From contig JBBQPO010000228.1 of the NCBI GenBank assembly GCA_038217285.1, forward strand, positions 1-10,188: a DNA stretch of 10,188 nucleotides, written 5' to 3'. Source of the DNA: Chthonomonadales bacterium (GTDB taxonomy: Bacteria > Armatimonadota > Chthonomonadetes > Chthonomonadales > Chthonomonadaceae). Shown here in pieces: positions 7,695 to 10,188 of this stretch. Under the pieces are notes generated by a model. The model ran no database searches and was not told the origin of the DNA. It saw nothing but the letters and a program-made list of their open reading frames with translations. How positions within the stretch are numbered: the first letter of the stretch is position 1; every line of letters starts with the position of its first letter. Position numbers and translations under genes: made by a program.

Positions 7695-9619
7695 TCGACC
7701 TCCGTTCCAACGCTCGCTTGTTCGGACTGGTTTTGGCCTTAGGTACGATGACAACGATTATGAACGCCAACGCGCAGAGCCATACCATTCCACCAAAATT
7801 GAACCGCGTGTCGGATACGCGTTTCGAGCCGCATGGTGTCGTCCATGAGTATGTCGATTCGGTTACGCGCCACTGGCTGCTCAAGATGCCGGACACGAAT
7901 CCGGCCGTGCTGGAGATGTTTCGGGACCGGGATAAGACGCCTCACCGGGATCTTCTGCCCTGGTCTGGGGAGTTCGCCGGAAAGTATCTCACCGGCGCGG
8001 TTCAGGTTCTCCGCCTCACCCACGACCCGCAACTCAAGTCCTACCTCAGCCATTTTGTCTCGAAACTCGTAAGCCTGCAAGCCGCAGATGGGTATCTGGG
8101 CCCGTTTCCGCCTGACAACCATCTCGAAGGCAAGGGCGGCACGTGGGACGTCTGGGGACACTACCACATTATGCTGGGGCTGCTGCTCTGGCACGAGGAG
8201 ACGGGAGACAAAGAGGCTCTGCACTGTGCGGGGAGGATCGGTGACCTGCTCTGTCGCAAATTTCTCCGTACCGGCAAGCGTCTGGTGGACACCGGCAACT
8301 CCGAGATGAATCTGGCGGCGATACATTCTCTGGGGCTTCTCTATCAGGTGACGCCTAAACAGCCCTATCTCGACCTCGCACGGCAGATTTTGAATGAGTT
8401 CCAGGATAAGAATGCGGGAGACTATCTGCGCTGCGCCCTGGCCGGCAAAGAGTATTATGAGGGTCCGAAGCCGCGCTGGGAGAGTCTGCACGCCATCATG
8501 GGCATGGCGGAACTCTACTGGATCACTGGCGACGAGGACTGCCGCAAAGCCTTCGAGCAGATCTGGTGGAGCATCGTGAAGCTGGATCGCCACAACAACG
8601 GCGGCTTCTCCTCCGGCGAGCAGGCGCAGGGCGACCCCTATCATCCCGGCGCTATTGAAACCTGCTGCACGGTGGCCTGGATCGCGATGAGCGTCGATAT
8701 GCTGCGTCTGACAGGCAACCCCCTGGTCGCGGACGAACTGGAGCTCTCCACGCTCAATCAGGTTTTGGGCTATCAACACCGCTCCGGCGCAGCCTGCTCT
8801 TACGACACCCCCATGAACGGTGTCCGCCGCAACAGCCTCGACGAGATCGGCTTTCAGATCAGGCCCGGCAGCGAGCAGGTCAACTGCTGCAGCGCCAACG
8901 CCCCGCGCGGACTCGGCATGATCAGCGACTGGGCGCTGATGACCGACGGCTCCGACCTGACGCTGAACTGGTACGGCTCCTCTACGCTGACCTCCCTTGT
9001 CCGGGGCGTCTCTGTCACACTTCGACAGGAGACGGACTACCCGCGCCAGGGCGGCATCACACTGCACGTCTCCCCCGCACACGAAATGCAATTTGCGCTG
9101 CAGCTTCGGATTCCTCACTGGTCGGCTCGGACGACGATTCGGGTCAACGGCAAGTCGGTCCCGAATGTGAAATCAGGGTCGTACTGTACCTTGCTCCGGT
9201 CCTGGAAGCCGGGCGACATCGTGCAGATCGGACTCGATATGTCTCCCCACTTCTGGGTCGGTGAGCGCGAGTGCGCCGGCAAGACGTCGATCTATCGAGG
9301 CCCCATACTCCTGGTGCTCGAAACGAAGGTTCCTCGCCTGACGCCCAGCCCGCAGGAGAGCGATAAGATTCTCGACGCAGCCGCACTGCATGGCCGCCTG
9401 TTGCCTCCAACGCGAGTCAATTCGCCCCAGGTGCTTGTCGAATATACCGCCACGGATGGATCCAAAGTACGCCTTCGCGACTATGGCACGGCAGGGGAAG
9501 GCGGGACACCGTACCTCTCCTGGCTAAACGTTCGTAATGTCACGCCGACCCCATTTTCCAGGAGCAATCCGTGGCGCTCGGCCCGGCCTACAGCGAGACA
9601 CATAGACGTACGCCCCTGA
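7691..9619 (+). CDS. GH127-like glycoside hydrolase (beta-L-arabinofuranosidase-type cysteine glycosidase), probably secreted; start uncertain (CTG 7691, TTG 7718 or ATG 7748)
   Basis: WSGEFAGKYL, Q..DGYLG, SSGE (acid/base candidate), ETCC and NCCSANAPRG (Zn/Cys nucleophile motifs of HypBA1-like enzymes), beta-sandwich motifs QETDYP..G.I, LRIPHW, W..GD.V, RGPILL. Confidence 0.85.
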   Translation: MIDLRSNARLFGLVLALGTMTTIMNANAQSHTIPPKLNRVSDTRFEPHGVVHEYVDSVTRHWLLKMPDTNPAVLEMFRDRDKTPHRDLLPWSGEFAGKYLTGAVQVLRLTHDPQLKSYLSHFVSKLVSLQAADGYLGPFPPDNHLEGKGGTWDVWGHYHIMLGLLLWHEETGDKEALHCAGRIGDLLCRKFLRTGKRLVDTGNSEMNLAAIHSLGLLYQVTPKQPYLDLARQILNEFQDKNAGDYLRCALAGKEYYEGPKPRWESLHAIMGMAELYWITGDEDCRKAFEQIWWSIVKLDRHNNGGFSSGEQAQGDPYHPGAIETCCTVAWIAMSVDMLRLTGNPLVADELELSTLNQVLGYQHRSGAACSYDTPMNGVRRNSLDEIGFQIRPGSEQVNCCSANAPRGLGMISDWALMTDGSDLTLNWYGSSTLTSLVRGVSVTLRQETDYPRQGGITLHVSPAHEMQFALQLRIPHWSARTTIRVNGKSVPNVKSGSYCTLLRSWKPGDIVQIGLDMSPHFWVGERECAGKTSIYRGPILLVLETKVPRLTPSPQESDKILDAAALHGRLLPPTRVNSPQVLVEYTATDGSKVRLRDYGTAGEGGTPYLSWLNVRNVTPTPFSRSNPWRSARPTARHIDVRP

Positions 9620-9730
9620 GGACGATCATTCGTCAGATACCCCCACGTAAACGTCGGGGGCTTGTCCTTCCATCTCTGTCACCCAGTGGTAACAGCGGAG
9701 GACATTAGGCGGTCTGACAGTTCCGCCCGT
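9612..9730 (-). ncRNA. Predicted TnpB omega-RNA (reRNA): scaffold about 9730-9632 plus guide about 9631-9612
   Basis: Three stem-loops and a 6-bp pseudoknot fold on the minus strand (G-U wobbles work only on that strand). It overlaps the tnpB 3' end and the IS right end, as expected for TnpB systems. The 5' boundary is uncertain. Confidence 0.72.
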
Positions 9731-10188
9731 GCTTCGATGTTCCTGCTGCCAACAAAGTCAGCATTCGCCTCCAAGCCACATTGTAAACATCGAAAACAGG
9801 ACGGGCTCTTTCGGTTCGCCTTGTCGCAGTATCCGCATTCGGGGCAGGTTCGGGAGGTGTTGCGAGGGTCAACGAAGACCACTTTCAAACCGACCGCTTC
9901 AGCCTTATAGCAGACAAAATGCGCCAGTTGATAGAAAGACCAGTTCCCTAACAGCCATCGCATTTGCCTTGAAACCGTGCCGGCCCGTTCACGAATACTA
10001 GAGAGGTCTTCGAGGGCAAGTGCCTTTTGCAAATGCAGAGCTGCCGTGACTAACTTCTTGCTGATGCAATGGTTGACGTCGCGCACAAAACGAGATTGAC
10101 GAGAGGAAACCTTACGCAGACGCTTCTTGGCAGAGTGGGTCTGTTTGCGCTGGAGTTGCCGCCGATGCTCCTTCACGTTCTTGCGAAC
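9632..10188 (-). mobile_element. IS200/IS605-family insertion sequence, right-hand part (continues beyond the window)
   Basis: tnpB followed on the minus strand by CAAG + hairpin CCCCCGACGTTTACGTGGGGG + TATC + TGAC. The CAAG/TGAC pair obeys the same guide/cleavage pairing rule as AAAG/TTAC and GAAT/TCAA of IS608. By eye the region is more AT-rich than the host genes. Confidence 0.88.
9679..10188 (-). CDS. tnpB: RNA-guided endonuclease TnpB, C-terminal part (5' end outside the window)
   Basis: Frame is open to the window edge. NHCISKKLV, RuvC-II ALEDL, WSFYQL..FV.YKA, VDPRNTSRTCPECG..F.CLQCG zinc finger, RuvC-III NADFVGSRNI. Confidence 0.95.
   Translation of the reverse strand, partial: VRKNVKEHRRQLQRKQTHSAKKRLRKVSSRQSRFVRDVNHCISKKLVTAALHLQKALALEDLSSIRERAGTVSRQMRWLLGNWSFYQLAHFVCYKAEAVGLKVVFVDPRNTSRTCPECGYCDKANRKSPSCFRCLQCGLEANADFVGSRNIEARAELSDRLMSSAVTTG

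Noticed and set aside
7739..9118. 459-aa antisense ORF opposite GH127, and similar ones at 510-1337, 3452-4474, 5714-6421 and 6150-6737
   Set aside because: They overlap well-supported genes on the other strand and have no family signatures.
9620..9680. Possible CRISPR array or Cas12f locus beside the RuvC protein
   Set aside because: No repeat-spacer structure; the flank is a typical IS200/IS605 right end. The upstream side is not visible.
9662..10001. Plus-strand ORFs 9662-9910 and 9729-10001
   Set aside because: Antisense to tnpB and the omega-RNA; no motifs.

Overview
GC-rich bacterial window. The gene content is typical of Planctomycetota/Verrucomicrobiota/Armatimonadota/Acidobacteriota-type genomes (inference only). 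On the left, an ammonium transporter (amtB, minus strand) has a readable sigma70-type promoter and a structured ~150-nt leader. Divergent from it on the plus strand are four genes for probably exported proteins: a Tat-signal Gfo/Idh/MocA oxidoreductase, a planctomycete-type cytochrome c/DUF1549/DUF1553 protein, its usual partner DUF1501, and a GH127-like cysteine glycosidase that probably starts at a CTG overlapping the DUF1501 stop. Twelve bp after the GH127 stop is the right end of an IS200/IS605-type element on the minus strand, with the 3' part of tnpB. Its terminal hairpin, guide/cleavage tetranucleotides (CAAG/TGAC), a compact omega-RNA scaffold with a 6-bp pseudoknot, and the predicted guide can all be read from the sequence. 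All calls come from manual motif recognition; no database searches were run.
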